Shown: positions 51,173-61,052 of the stretch, in pieces
Numbering within the stretch: the first letter of the stretch is position 1
Layout: the number at the start of each line of letters is the position of its first letter
Source of the DNA: Sumerlaeia bacterium
GTDB taxonomy: Bacteria > Sumerlaeota > Sumerlaeia > SLMS01 > JAHLLQ01
Assembly (NCBI GenBank): GCA_040219255.1
Contig: JAVJSW010000077.1
Span: forward strand, 96,001 to 160,000
DNA: 64,000 nucleotides
Direction: 5' to 3'
The notes under the pieces: model-generated
What the model was told of the DNA's origin: nothing
Databases searched by the model: none
What the model saw: only the letters and a program-made list of their open reading frames with translations
Position numbers and translations under genes: made by a program

Positions 51173-51190
51173 TCAGGCGGGGTTTCACCC

Positions 51191-51871
51191 ATGAAGGTCT
51201 CATTGTTTGCTTTGCTCGTTGCCGGAACCGCGATTTCCGTGCTCTCCACCGGATGCGCTCATCAGAGTTCTAAGAAAGGCGATTGGGACGATGCGGTCCC
51301 GTTGAAATCGGTTTCGCCGGAGGCGGCGCTGGAGCGGCTGAAAGCCGGAAACGCCCGCTATGTCGACGGCGAAAGTGAATGGGAAGGCCTGGAAACGGAG
51401 CAGATTGCGGCGCACAAGGCGGGGCAAAATCCCTACGCCATCGTTTTGTCCTGCGCCGATAGCCGCGTTCCCGTGGAGCACGTCTTCGACGCCGGCGTGG
51501 GCGAGGTTTTCGTCCTGCGCGTGGCCGGCAACGTGAAGACCGAGGAGAACATGGGCAGTGCGGAGTATGCGATTCTGGCGCTGGAAACTCCGCTTCTGCT
51601 GGTTATGGGTCACGAAAGCTGTGGCGCCGTAAAGGGCGCCCTGGGCGTGGAAGAAGGCCAGTATCCGCAGCCGCTCCAGAGTCTGCTGATGGGCATCGCT
51701 GAGGGCCTGCCGGAGGGAGCCAGTTTGCCGGGAGCCGTTCGGGCCAATGTGGAGCGCCAGGTGGCCCTGATCCGAAGCAACGATGTGGTGAGCAAGGCGG
51801 AAGCGGCCGGGACACTGAAGGTGGTCGGCGCCGTGTACGACTTCGACACGGGCAACGTGGAGTTCCTGTAA
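51191..51871 (+). CDS. beta-class carbonic anhydrase, predicted lipoprotein
   Basis: CADSRV, RVAGN and GHESCGAV zinc motifs; LSTGC lipobox-like signal. Confidence 0.93.
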   Translation: MKVSLFALLVAGTAISVLSTGCAHQSSKKGDWDDAVPLKSVSPEAALERLKAGNARYVDGESEWEGLETEQIAAHKAGQNPYAIVLSCADSRVPVEHVFDAGVGEVFVLRVAGNVKTEENMGSAEYAILALETPLLLVMGHESCGAVKGALGVEEGQYPQPLQSLLMGIAEGLPEGASLPGAVRANVERQVALIRSNDVVSKAEAAGTLKVVGAVYDFDTGNVEFL

Positions 51872-51882
51872 GGGGCGGCGGC

Positions 51883-52596
51883 TTACGCTTCCGGTTTGCG
51901 AAGCACGGAGATCGAGTCGTGATCGTTGCGGAAATGCTGAGCCACCACCTCCAGACCCAACTCCGCGGCGAATTCCTGCATTTTCTCGGCCGTCATGGCG
52001 GTGCGGCGGCCCGACTCGCGCACGCCTTTGCCCGAGTGATCCAGCCAGGCCAAGCCGCCGGGCCGAAGCACGCGCTTGATGTCGATGACATATTCACGGA
52101 TGATTTCCGGCACCACATGCACCAAGGCATCGAAGGACGCGACCAAGTCGGCCGATTCGTCCTCGAGCATGGAGAGCGACCGGCCATCGTTGACGTGATA
52201 GGCGATGTGGTCGTAGTACTGGAACCGCTCGCGGCAGACCTTGATGCAGGCCTCCGTGTAGTCCACCAAGGCCAGCGTCTTGGCGACGCGGATCAATTCG
52301 GTCGTAAACCGGCCGGCCCCGGGAGCGATCTCGACGACGTCGTAATCGCGTCGCTCGCCCAGGTGCGGCAGCAGGTGGTTTTCAGCGATGCGGACGACGC
52401 CGGTATAGCTCTGCATGTGGCCGCCTCCCCACTGATATCCAAATTTGTCTTTTCCGCGCCAGAGCGATTCGCTGCCCCAACGCTTCTTGTTCCAGGCGAG
52501 ATTGTCTTCGACAACGCCCTCGCTGAGAACGTCCTTGTTCAGGCGCTTGGAAACGGCTTTTTTCAGACCTTCGACGGTTGATCGGAGAGGGCTCAT
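51883..52596 (-). CDS. class I SAM-dependent methyltransferase
   Basis: VVEIAPGAGRFT, DLVASFDALVH and RVLRPGG motifs. Start moved to ATG 52596. Confidence 0.88.
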   Translation of the reverse strand: MSPLRSTVEGLKKAVSKRLNKDVLSEGVVEDNLAWNKKRWGSESLWRGKDKFGYQWGGGHMQSYTGVVRIAENHLLPHLGERRDYDVVEIAPGAGRFTTELIRVAKTLALVDYTEACIKVCRERFQYYDHIAYHVNDGRSLSMLEDESADLVASFDALVHVVPEIIREYVIDIKRVLRPGGLAWLDHSGKGVRESGRRTAMTAEKMQEFAAELGLEVVAQHFRNDHDSISVLRKPEA

Positions 52597-52788
52597 GGAA
52601 GGATGGCCTTTTTGGAGTCGATGACGAGAAAAGTGGGCGCTCATCGGGATGTCGACCGCAAATTTCCCCGCGAAGGCCAGCCGCGAGCACGACCTGCCTG
52701 GGGAAGTCCCCTCGAATCGGCGGTTTCCTTTGCGCCCCGGGGGCGCCAAGCTTTGGCCTGAGACCGCATCTTCCACGAAAGTCCCGCC

Positions 52789-54066
52789 ATGTCCGCTCCC
52801 CCCATCGACATCGCCATCGTCGGCGCCGGAGCCGCCGGATTGACCGCCGCCATCTTTGCCGGCGAGGCCGCCGCCGGGCGCGGGCTGCGGATTGTGCTCC
52901 TGGATGGCGCGCGCAAACCGGGGGCAAAAATCCTGGTGAGCGGCGGCGGGCGATGCAACGTGACCAACGAACGCGTGACGCCTGACGATTTCTGGGGCGG
53001 AGCGCGCGGCACGATCAAGAAGGTGCTCAAGTCCTTCGACCATCGGCGCACGTTGGAGTGGATGGCGTCGCTAGGCGTTGAACTGAAACTCGAACCGACC
53101 GGTAAGTACTTTCCCGCCAGCGATTCAGCTCGCACGGTGCTGGGGGCGCTGCTGCGGCGCGCTGAGGAAGTGGGCGTCGAGCTGCGCCCCGGGCACCGGG
53201 TCGGCCACATCGGGCGGGAAGCCGGCGGCGGCTGGAGCCTCGGATTTCGCGATGGCGAGCACCCGCCCCTCAGCGCCCGGCGCCTCATCCTGGCGACTGG
53301 CGGCATGTCGCTGCCCAAGAGCGGCAGCGATGGCTGGGGCTTGGCGGCGGCGCGGCGCCTCGGGCACACAATCACGGCGACGACTCCGGCGCTGGCGCCG
53401 CTGGTGCTGGGGCCGCAGGCGGGCGCGGGCGGGCGTTTCGCGGACCTGAGCGGCCTGACGCTGGATGTGCGTCTCGGGGTCTACGAAGCAAGCGGCCGGC
53501 GCCTCGAAGAACGCGCCGGATCGCTCCTCTTCACCCACTTCGGCGTCAGCGGCCCGGCGGCCCTCGACCTCTCGCGCCATCTGCTGCAAGCCCGCGAAGC
53601 CGACCCCCGCGCGGAACTCGTGGTCGGCCTTGGCCATCCCCATTTCCCGACGCCGGAAGCCGCCGACGGCTGGCTCCGCGATCAGGCAGCGGCGCACCCT
53701 AAGCGCACGCTGGCCAACGCTCTGCGCGCGATTTACCCCGAGCGCCTGGCCTCGGCGCTGGCCGAGGGCCGCGACGGGGTGCTGGCCGAACTCTCCAAGA
53801 CCACCCGCCGCGCCACCGCCACCGACATCGCCCGCCTGCCCCTGAACGTCACGGGGTCGCGGGGGTACACCTTCGCCGAGACGACCGCCGGGGGCGTGGA
53901 CCTCTCGGAAATCGACCCCCGCACCATGGCCAGCCGCGTGGCCGAGGGGCTGTATCTCTGCGGCGAAATGCTGGATGTGGACGGGCGGATCGGCGGGTTC
54001 AACTTCCAGTGGGCGTGGGCGAGTGGGCATTTGGCGGGGCGGGGGGTGGTGGGGGAATCAGATTAA
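52789..54066 (+). CDS. HI0933/YhiN (RdsA/BaiN)-family flavoprotein
   Basis: GAGAAG, KILVSGGGRCNVTN, LATGG.S.P..GSDG, TAGGV, DGRIGGFNFQWAWASG. Confidence 0.93.
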   Translation: MSAPPIDIAIVGAGAAGLTAAIFAGEAAAGRGLRIVLLDGARKPGAKILVSGGGRCNVTNERVTPDDFWGGARGTIKKVLKSFDHRRTLEWMASLGVELKLEPTGKYFPASDSARTVLGALLRRAEEVGVELRPGHRVGHIGREAGGGWSLGFRDGEHPPLSARRLILATGGMSLPKSGSDGWGLAAARRLGHTITATTPALAPLVLGPQAGAGGRFADLSGLTLDVRLGVYEASGRRLEERAGSLLFTHFGVSGPAALDLSRHLLQAREADPRAELVVGLGHPHFPTPEAADGWLRDQAAAHPKRTLANALRAIYPERLASALAEGRDGVLAELSKTTRRATATDIARLPLNVTGSRGYTFAETTAGGVDLSEIDPRTMASRVAEGLYLCGEMLDVDGRIGGFNFQWAWASGHLAGRGVVGESD

Positions 54067-54084
54067 TCAGCCGGCGATAAAAAG

Positions 54085-54185
54085 GTAACACGGGCATCTT
54101 GCCCGTGATCGGCGAGGCTTCGAGGACAAAGAGTTGTTATATTTCTAGAAAACGTTCCTGGTCATGGGCGGGACGCCCATGTTAC
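54085..54185. repeat. inverted REP doublet (REPIN-like)
   Basis: gtaacacgggcatcttgcccgtga (54085-54108) and, on the minus strand, gtaacatgggcgtcccgcccatga (54162-54185). Confidence 0.75.
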
Positions 54186-54226
54186 ACAGATTTCAAAATT
54201 CAATAATTATCCATATCAAACTTTCC

Positions 54227-55510
54227 CTACATCGTCGGCGTCGTCGGCGCGTCCACATCGATCGCGTTCACCGGCGTCTGATCTTGCAGGACTTCGTAGC
54301 CCCGGATGACGACTCGGTCGTTTTCTTGGACGCCGAAGGCGATTTCGATGTCGTCTTTGCCTTCCAGGCCTAAGTCCACGGCGATCATTTCCGCGACGTC
54401 GTAGTCCAAGTCCGGTTTGTCGCGCACCACGAAAACGACGTCCATGTTGTTGCGGCGGGTGATGACGCTCTTGGGGACGACGATGCGGTCGCGGCGGCGT
54501 TCGGTGACGATGTCGGCGCGGCCGAACATGCCGGGTTTCAGGCGCCGGGCGCCGTCTTCGCCCTCCGGATTGGCGAGGGCGATGTCCACCGTGAAGGCCC
54601 GGGTGTCGGGGTTGACGCTGTTGCTGATGCTGGCGACTTCGCCCTCGGCCACGATGTCTTCACGAGCGTAGAGCACGACGATGGCGGGTTGGCCGGGAAA
54701 GACGTTGCCGATGTCCTTGCTGGTCACATCGACCCGCATATAGACGTTCGCGATGTCCACGACGCCGCCGACTGTGGTGCCGCTGCCGACGTATTTGCCT
54801 TCGTTGACGGTGATGTCTTCGTCGCCGAAACCGCGCTGGAATTTGCCTTGGCCCTGGAGGGTCGAGCGGCTGACGAGGACGCCATCGAAGGGCGCGGCAA
54901 TTTCCGTGCGGCGCTCGCGGGCGAGGGTCGATTCGAGCCGCTGCTCCGCTTTCTCCAGGTTGATCTGGCTCTGCTTCTGGGAATTGAGGGCCTGCTGGAG
55001 CTGCAACCGCGCTGCGTCCACTTCGCGCTGCGACGTGACGCCCTGGGCGTAGAGGTCTTGCAGGGTGCGATACTCGCGCTGGCGGGCTTCCAGGGTCTGC
55101 TTGCCGATGTTCAGGTTTTCCTTGGCGATGCGGATTTCCGCCCGGTCGATTTCGATCTGACTGATGAGTTCCATGCTGTCGAGGCGGGCGATCACGGTGC
55201 CTTCTTCGACGGCGTCGCCCTCGCGCCATTCCCGCGTAAAGCGCAGCGTGCCGCTTTCCTCGGTGGCCAGCGCCTGGCTTCGCACCGGCACGATCGAGCC
55301 GGTGGTCGAGACCGTGGCGCGGATTTCCTGGCGCTCGGCGGTCTGGATCAGGACCGGCGAGAGGAAGACGCGTTCCTTCTTGATGTCCGGGTTGGCGTTT
55401 TCGCCCGGGGCGGCTTCGCCGTCGGGGCGCTGGGGCGGACGGCAGGCGGTCGCGAGGGCGGCGGCGATCAGCAGGAAGAAAATTTGACGAGAGAGAAAGG
55501 GAAGCGCCAA
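54227..55510 (-). CDS. RND efflux periplasmic adaptor (membrane fusion protein), predicted lipoprotein
   Basis: ALATAC lipobox, EGDAVEEG..IARLD, IAAPFDGV, VNPDTRAF, LKPGMF, VPKSVI. Start uncertain (TTG 55510 chosen). Confidence 0.88.
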   Translation of the reverse strand: MALPFLSRQIFFLLIAAALATACRPPQRPDGEAAPGENANPDIKKERVFLSPVLIQTAERQEIRATVSTTGSIVPVRSQALATEESGTLRFTREWREGDAVEEGTVIARLDSMELISQIEIDRAEIRIAKENLNIGKQTLEARQREYRTLQDLYAQGVTSQREVDAARLQLQQALNSQKQSQINLEKAEQRLESTLARERRTEIAAPFDGVLVSRSTLQGQGKFQRGFGDEDITVNEGKYVGSGTTVGGVVDIANVYMRVDVTSKDIGNVFPGQPAIVVLYAREDIVAEGEVASISNSVNPDTRAFTVDIALANPEGEDGARRLKPGMFGRADIVTERRRDRIVVPKSVITRRNNMDVVFVVRDKPDLDYDVAEMIAVDLGLEGKDDIEIAFGVQENDRVVIRGYEVLQDQTPVNAIDVDAPTTPTM

Positions 55511-55690
55511 GGGGCTTGGACTCCGGGGCTGGGCGGGTGAGCGGGCCGCGGACAAGGTCGGCGGCGGAGAAAAGCTTCCCGCCCGAGGGGCGGCAGCGTC
55601 AAGGCGGGTGGCGTTTCGCGGGAGGGGTTTACCTTTCCTGACGAATTGCATGGAAACTCGGGGGAAGTGGCTCATCGGATCGGGCCTCCT

Positions 55691-55963
55691 GTGGCGTCTG
55701 AAAAAGACCCTCTCACAGGCTTGTCAGGTTGTCCCCTCATGTGGAGCTTCGGGAGCAAAAAAGACAAAATACACTTATCGCACTTATCAGACAACGGGCG
55801 AATCGGCGGGGTGGGCAACAAGCCTCTTGCCCGTGGGGCCGGTGGGGCCTAGCTGAGGAGAGTATTCCCGCAGTAAGGCTGTCCACACCCATGGCGAAAC
55901 CGCGCCGAACCAAGCCGAAGGCGAATGAGGGCGCTGGCTCGCCCTCGGCGCCCGCGCCCGCGA
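55691..55963 (+). repeat. ~275-bp leader plus N-terminus repeat, copy 2
   Basis: gtggcgtctgaaaaagaccctctcacagg ... atggcgaaaccgcgccgaa; matches the reverse complement of 43395-43669. Confidence 0.92.
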
Positions 55964-58029
55964 TGACTCCCGCGCTTTCCAGACACCGCATGAGTTCCCT
56001 CTCCCCCGCCGAAGCCGAGCCCGCTCCCGCTTCCGAACCGACCGCCACGCTCGACTCCCCGCCCGTCTCCGATTCGCCGTTCCGACCGATGCCTCCCGCC
56101 GTGGCCGCGCGGCCGGTGACCGTTTGGGAATGGGTGGGCCTCGGGTTCCTCCTCTTCGTGGCGGCTGGCTTCCGGCTCTACGATCCGGACTTGTCGTTTT
56201 TCAGCGCCCATACCTCGCGCGACCTGTACCGCTCTCTTGAGATATTGCGCGGCGTGCAGTTCCACCTCCTGGGCAGCGAAATGCAATACGGCGGCCGCGT
56301 CATGGGGCCGTTCATGTACTTGCTGGTGGCGCCGATTCTGGCGATCTCGCCCCGGCCGGAAGCCATTCAGATCTTTGTCGGCCTGCTGAACACAGGCGTC
56401 GTCGCCGCCACCTGGTATCTGGTGCGGCGGTATCTGGGGCCGATGATGGCGTTCTGGACGGCGGCGATTTACGCCGTGTTTCCGCTCGAGGTGATTCAGC
56501 TCCGCTACAACTGGAACCCGTGTTTCCTGCCGCCGATGATGACGCTGGCGCTGTGGGGGTTGCTGCGGGCGGCCATCGACCGGCGGGGCTGGTGGGTGGT
56601 GCTGTGCGTCTTGGGGCTAAGTCTAGGGCTCCAGCTTCACCTCTCCGCCATCGAGGCCCTGCCGGCCGTGATCGGCGTTCTGGCGGTGGCGCGGGCGCGC
56701 ATCGGGTGGAAACCCTGGGCCGCGACGGCGGCACTGGTGCTGGTGCTGTTCAGCCCACTGATCATCTCCGAAGTGTCCACCTCGGGCCACAACACCGCGG
56801 AAATGGTCGAGGCGCCCGTGAGCCTGCGCGAGGACGCCGATAAGTGGAAGTTCAACCCCAACGGGCCGCTGAATTACCTGTACCACACGCACCTGGAGAT
56901 GAACGAGGAAATCACCCGGCTGGGGTTCGTTGCGCTGATGACGATGCCGATGAAGGGCGAGGAGGTGCTGGGCGACGAGCGCTTCACGGCCGCCCGGATC
57001 ATCAACGGCTACGCGGACATCCAGATCGTTTTCTGGGCGGCGGGCATGGCGTGCCTGCTGTTCTGGGTGATCGATCACGCGCGGCGGCGCAAGGGGCTGG
57101 AGGGTGCCCTCTTCGAAGCGTCCCGGGCGAGGATGCTCTTCGCGCTGGCGGTGCTTCTGTGGCAGGCGGGACCAGTGGCGGTGTTGAGTTTCTTCAACTT
57201 CCACGGCGTGCCCGGGGTCGAGGAGTACTCCATCGTGCCCCTGCGCTATTACCTTGTGACTTATCCCGCGCCGTTCATCACCACGGGCGCCGGCATCGTG
57301 GCGCTGGGGGCGGGCCTGGGTTGGCTGTACCGCAAGATCGAGGGCCGCTCCGGAGCCGATGCGAAAGCTTACGGTCTGGTGTACGTCCTGGCGGCTCTGC
57401 TGTTCGTGGGCTATGGTTTCTATAGCGCCTTCCACCTGCGCCTGATCGAGAAGAGCGGTCGCATCTTCGTCTACGATCATAAGGCGGAGAACGTGGTGCC
57501 GAACCTGCGCACGATGCGCGAGGTGGCGGATATTCTGCTGGATAACGCTGGCATCGACAAGGCGGCTTGGTACGAACGCGTCCACACGCAGAACCTGCTG
57601 AATCTGCGCTATGGGGAAACGACGCTGGACTGGATTATTTCGCAGGACCCGCGCAGTGTCACCAACGATCCACCGGATCCGCGGATGCGCTGGTTGCTCC
57701 ACAGCCCCATCGCGGGGCCACCGGAACCCGGCCTGCCGCCCGGCTCGGCCGAGCAGCCGGTGCTGCCCCCGGGCGCGCGCAAAGTGGCCACCTGGCGCCT
57801 GAAGGACGAAGACATCACCATCATCCAGTACCGTGTCGAGGACCCGGAGAACACACCGGTGCCAAACAACCGGGGTATGCGGAATTACTACTATCGCCAT
57901 GTGCGGATGCGGTACCTGGGGCCAGACGCCGAGGTTCGCGCCGCGGATCCGGAAGCGACCCCGGAGCGCATCGAGGCCTATCGGGAGGCGATGCGGCGGT
58001 CCTGGATCGATTGGGAAGTGTACGAGTAG
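55891..58029 (+). CDS. GT-C (ArnT/PMT, GT39/83-like) membrane glycosyltransferase
   Basis: AAGFRLY, RDLY, GPFMYLL, WNPCFLP, QLHLS and RYY motifs; many TMs. Confidence 0.78.
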   Translation: MAKPRRTKPKANEGAGSPSAPAPAMTPALSRHRMSSLSPAEAEPAPASEPTATLDSPPVSDSPFRPMPPAVAARPVTVWEWVGLGFLLFVAAGFRLYDPDLSFFSAHTSRDLYRSLEILRGVQFHLLGSEMQYGGRVMGPFMYLLVAPILAISPRPEAIQIFVGLLNTGVVAATWYLVRRYLGPMMAFWTAAIYAVFPLEVIQLRYNWNPCFLPPMMTLALWGLLRAAIDRRGWWVVLCVLGLSLGLQLHLSAIEALPAVIGVLAVARARIGWKPWAATAALVLVLFSPLIISEVSTSGHNTAEMVEAPVSLREDADKWKFNPNGPLNYLYHTHLEMNEEITRLGFVALMTMPMKGEEVLGDERFTAARIINGYADIQIVFWAAGMACLLFWVIDHARRRKGLEGALFEASRARMLFALAVLLWQAGPVAVLSFFNFHGVPGVEEYSIVPLRYYLVTYPAPFITTGAGIVALGAGLGWLYRKIEGRSGADAKAYGLVYVLAALLFVGYGFYSAFHLRLIEKSGRIFVYDHKAENVVPNLRTMREVADILLDNAGIDKAAWYERVHTQNLLNLRYGETTLDWIISQDPRSVTNDPPDPRMRWLLHSPIAGPPEPGLPPGSAEQPVLPPGARKVATWRLKDEDITIIQYRVEDPENTPVPNNRGMRNYYYRHVRMRYLGPDAEVRAADPEATPERIEAYREAMRRSWIDWEVYE

Positions 58030-58068
58030 ACGCCCAGCGGCTTTCCCGGCCGGGGGCGGGGCGACTTG

Positions 58069-59352
58069 TCAGCTCAAGTCCGCGAAGGGAGCCAGCCGCT
58101 CTTTCCATTCGGTGGCCGACTGGGGTCGTTCGGCGCGCTCGGAGTGAAGGCCCTGGCGCAAGAGCGCGATCAGTTCCGGGTCCAGGTCCTTGCGATAGCG
58201 GCCGAGGGGCTGGGGGCCGCGATGGCGGATGCCCTGGAGCAGATCGGTGGGGCGCTCGCCCACATAGGGCGGCACGCCCCCGGAGAGCACGATGTAGCCG
58301 AGCACGGCCAAGGCCCACAGGTCTTGGAACGGGCTGATGATGTCGTCGATCAGGGCTTCCGGCGGGGTGTAGCGTAAGGCGGTGACTTGCAGTTCCGGCT
58401 GGGTCAGCCTCAGGCCGCCTTCCTGGATGGCAGCGATGCCGAAATCGCAGAGCAGAGCGCGGTCGTCCGACTTGCGGATCAGCACGTTCGCCGGGGTGAT
58501 GTCGCGGTGGATGATGCCTTTCAGGTCCGACTGGGTGAAGTCGTTGCGCCATTCGAAGGCATGGGCGGCTTCGAGGGCCTGGGCGATGTGGTGGAGAAAG
58601 CGGCAGACCCGGCGTTGCGGAATGGGGTGCTCGGCGGCGGCGAGGGAGCCAAGCGACTGGCCTTCGATGTACTCCATGATCATGTAGAGGAGGCCCGTTT
58701 CCGGATCGCCGCCTGCTTCCATCACTGGGACGATGTTGGGGGCGCCGCTGGCCACGAGGCGCTGGGTGACGTCGGCTTCGCGGTGGAAGCGCTCGATGAC
58801 CGAGCGCGAGTCCATCACGTCCTGGCGCGAGCGCATCATGGCGTTGGTGTCGGTGCCGCCGCGGGGGTCCTCGCGCAGGAGCACCTTCACCGCGACGGTG
58901 GAGCCGTCGGGGCGGCAGAAAGCGCGCCAGACCTCGCCATAGGCGCCGGCGCCAATGCGCTCGAAGCGTTGAAAACGGCTCGGGAAATCGCGCCAGAGCG
59001 CCAGCGGAAAGCCCCAGGGCAGCTGGTCGCCCTCGCCGGTCGAGCCCTCGGGGCGCCAGTGAACGCGCATCTTGAGGGCGTCCAAGCGGATTTCGGCCCC
59101 CTGCTTCAGCGGAGCCGACTCCTTGATCGCTTTCTTGTTGAGCAGAACGCCCGAGGTGCTGCCGAGATCCCAGACCGTGGCCCGGCCGTCCTGAAGGACG
59201 AAACGGGCATGGTTGCGCGAAACCGCCGGATAGTGGTTCGAATCGATCACGAAGTCGTTCCCGCGCGACCGGCCGAGTGTCACCTCCGTCTGATCGTAGA
59301 CGACGGTGACGGGTTCACCCTGACGATTGTGATGCGTGACGGCGAATGCCAA
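58069..59352 (-). CDS. FHA-domain Hanks-type Ser/Thr protein kinase
   Basis: FHA: LGRS, VSRNHA, DLGSTSG. Kinase: IGAGAYGEV, VAVK, HRD, DFG, PPE, DLWA. Start moved to TTG 59352. Confidence 0.9.
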   Translation of the reverse strand: MAFAVTHHNRQGEPVTVVYDQTEVTLGRSRGNDFVIDSNHYPAVSRNHARFVLQDGRATVWDLGSTSGVLLNKKAIKESAPLKQGAEIRLDALKMRVHWRPEGSTGEGDQLPWGFPLALWRDFPSRFQRFERIGAGAYGEVWRAFCRPDGSTVAVKVLLREDPRGGTDTNAMMRSRQDVMDSRSVIERFHREADVTQRLVASGAPNIVPVMEAGGDPETGLLYMIMEYIEGQSLGSLAAAEHPIPQRRVCRFLHHIAQALEAAHAFEWRNDFTQSDLKGIIHRDITPANVLIRKSDDRALLCDFGIAAIQEGGLRLTQPELQVTALRYTPPEALIDDIISPFQDLWALAVLGYIVLSGGVPPYVGERPTDLLQGIRHRGPQPLGRYRKDLDPELIALLRQGLHSERAERPQSATEWKERLAPFADLS

Positions 59353-59458
59353 GGCCCCAATCCCTCCGGCCTTCCACAAGTCTTCGGAGCGGTTCCGAAC
59401 ACTGATGGAAAAGGGAGGAGGGGCTGAAGGTAAAGGGCAGAAATTCTTCCGAAGCCGA

Positions 59459-60682
59459 TTAAAGGACCTGGGCGAGGTCGATGTGCGCCATCGAGAAGAT
59501 ATGGTGGAGCACGAGCGAGGTGGCGCCATGGGTGATGGCTTCCTCGCCAAGGCCGCAGGCCAGCACCTGGGTGCGGGCGAGTTGCTCTTCGGAGGTGAGG
59601 CTTGCCAGGGTTTCCTTGGCTTTCGGGAGAAAGTAGGGAGCGGCGGGGCTGACGCTGCCGCCGATAATCACAGCGGTCGGATCGATCGTGTGAATCAGAA
59701 TGGCGACCCCGTGAGCGAGCGCTTTGCCATAGTCTTCCCAGACAGCGAGCGCCTTGGCGTTCCCCTTCTCGGCTTGCGAGATGAGACTCGCCACATCGCC
59801 CTTGGCGGCTCCGTGGGCCTTGGCGAGCGCCTTCAGGCCACCTTCGCTCAACACGTCGCCGAGCGATCCGCCATCGTAGGAAACCGGCGACAGATTGCCG
59901 GCCCGGCCGGCGCTGCCGTGCATCACACGGCCATTCTGCACGAAGGCGGCATGGAAGCTGGTTTCCGTGCTGAGATAGACGAAATTGATGAATTCCTTGC
60001 CTTCGCCCGACAGCAGGGACGCCAGGGCCATGGCCCGGGGGCGAGCCTCGACGATCACGGGAACCTGGGTCATTTCGCTGACGAGGCGCTGCACGACTCC
60101 GGAAGAGGCGGTCGGGTCGAGGGGGGAAAGGCCGATACTGCTGAGTTCGGGGGCGCTGAAGGGAACTTCCCAGGGCCAGGAAATGCCAACGCCGGCGAGC
60201 GGCGGATATTCGGCGCCTTCCTGGTGGAGAATGCCATCGAGGCACTCGGTGATCCACTGAGCGGCCTCGCGCGAGTCGGGCTTCTGGTTCGCCGGGGCCT
60301 TGCAGTTGGTGCGGGAAATTTCCTCGCCCTTCAAGTTCGTGAGCAGAATGGTGGCCTGCTTCGGGGTGAAATCCACCCCGGCAACCATGGCGGCATCAGC
60401 CTTGAGCGTACACAGGGTGGGCCGGCGGCCGATGGTGGTTTCCTTGGCCTCTTCCTCGTGAACCAGTCCGGCCTTGACCAGATCGTCCACATGAGTCGCC
60501 ACGCTCTGCATGTTCAGGCCCACGGTTTTCGAGATACCCGCCCGGGAAATCGGACCGTAGTCACGAATGATCTTCAGCACGTAGTGCTTGCGAATGCGCT
60601 TCTTTTCCAGAGCACGCTCGGCGGGGGTTTCGGTTCTGGGCACAAGAACCAGATCGGGGCGGCGGGAGATTACGCTTGTCAA
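59459..60682 (-). CDS. ROK-family transcriptional regulator (NagC/XylR-like)
   Basis: N-terminal wHTH (GPISRAGIS...LVKAGLV..E, GRRP) plus a degenerate ROK domain; GGAGG RBS. Confidence 0.9.
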   Translation of the reverse strand: MTSVISRRPDLVLVPRTETPAERALEKKRIRKHYVLKIIRDYGPISRAGISKTVGLNMQSVATHVDDLVKAGLVHEEEAKETTIGRRPTLCTLKADAAMVAGVDFTPKQATILLTNLKGEEISRTNCKAPANQKPDSREAAQWITECLDGILHQEGAEYPPLAGVGISWPWEVPFSAPELSSIGLSPLDPTASSGVVQRLVSEMTQVPVIVEARPRAMALASLLSGEGKEFINFVYLSTETSFHAAFVQNGRVMHGSAGRAGNLSPVSYDGGSLGDVLSEGGLKALAKAHGAAKGDVASLISQAEKGNAKALAVWEDYGKALAHGVAILIHTIDPTAVIIGGSVSPAAPYFLPKAKETLASLTSEEQLARTQVLACGLGEEAITHGATSLVLHHIFSMAHIDLAQVL

Positions 60683-61052
60683 TTTGACCTCCAGGTTTTC
60701 TAGCGGAAACGGGAGCGAATCCGGCTGAGGGAAGCCGTGTGGTGAAGCGAAAAAACTCGGGCGGATTTGATCCCAAGTTTTCCGTTGTTCATACGGTCAG
60801 CGAATTGCGAAAAAATTGCAACCGCCTTTTTCAGAAGCATTCGATTACGAGGCATCTTCTCCGCTGCCTCTCCCTTTGGACAGGCGCGGACCTCATTATG
60901 AATTCACTTCTTGGATTTGAAAGTTCCTGTCGTCAAGCCCCATTGGCCCTGGGAAGTGCAGAAAAATCAACGCTTTTACCCCGCCAACAATGCCAAAATC
61001 AATGCGGTCGATAACTTTGCGCTTGAATTATTCTGTCCGCCAGCCCATTCAC

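Noticed and set aside
55790-55890. Resemblance of the repeated leader to a c-di-GMP-I riboswitch (AAGCCUC, GGCCUA)
   Set aside because: The GCAAAC/GNRA/GGGACGCAAAGC arrangement is absent. An Rfam scan would settle it.
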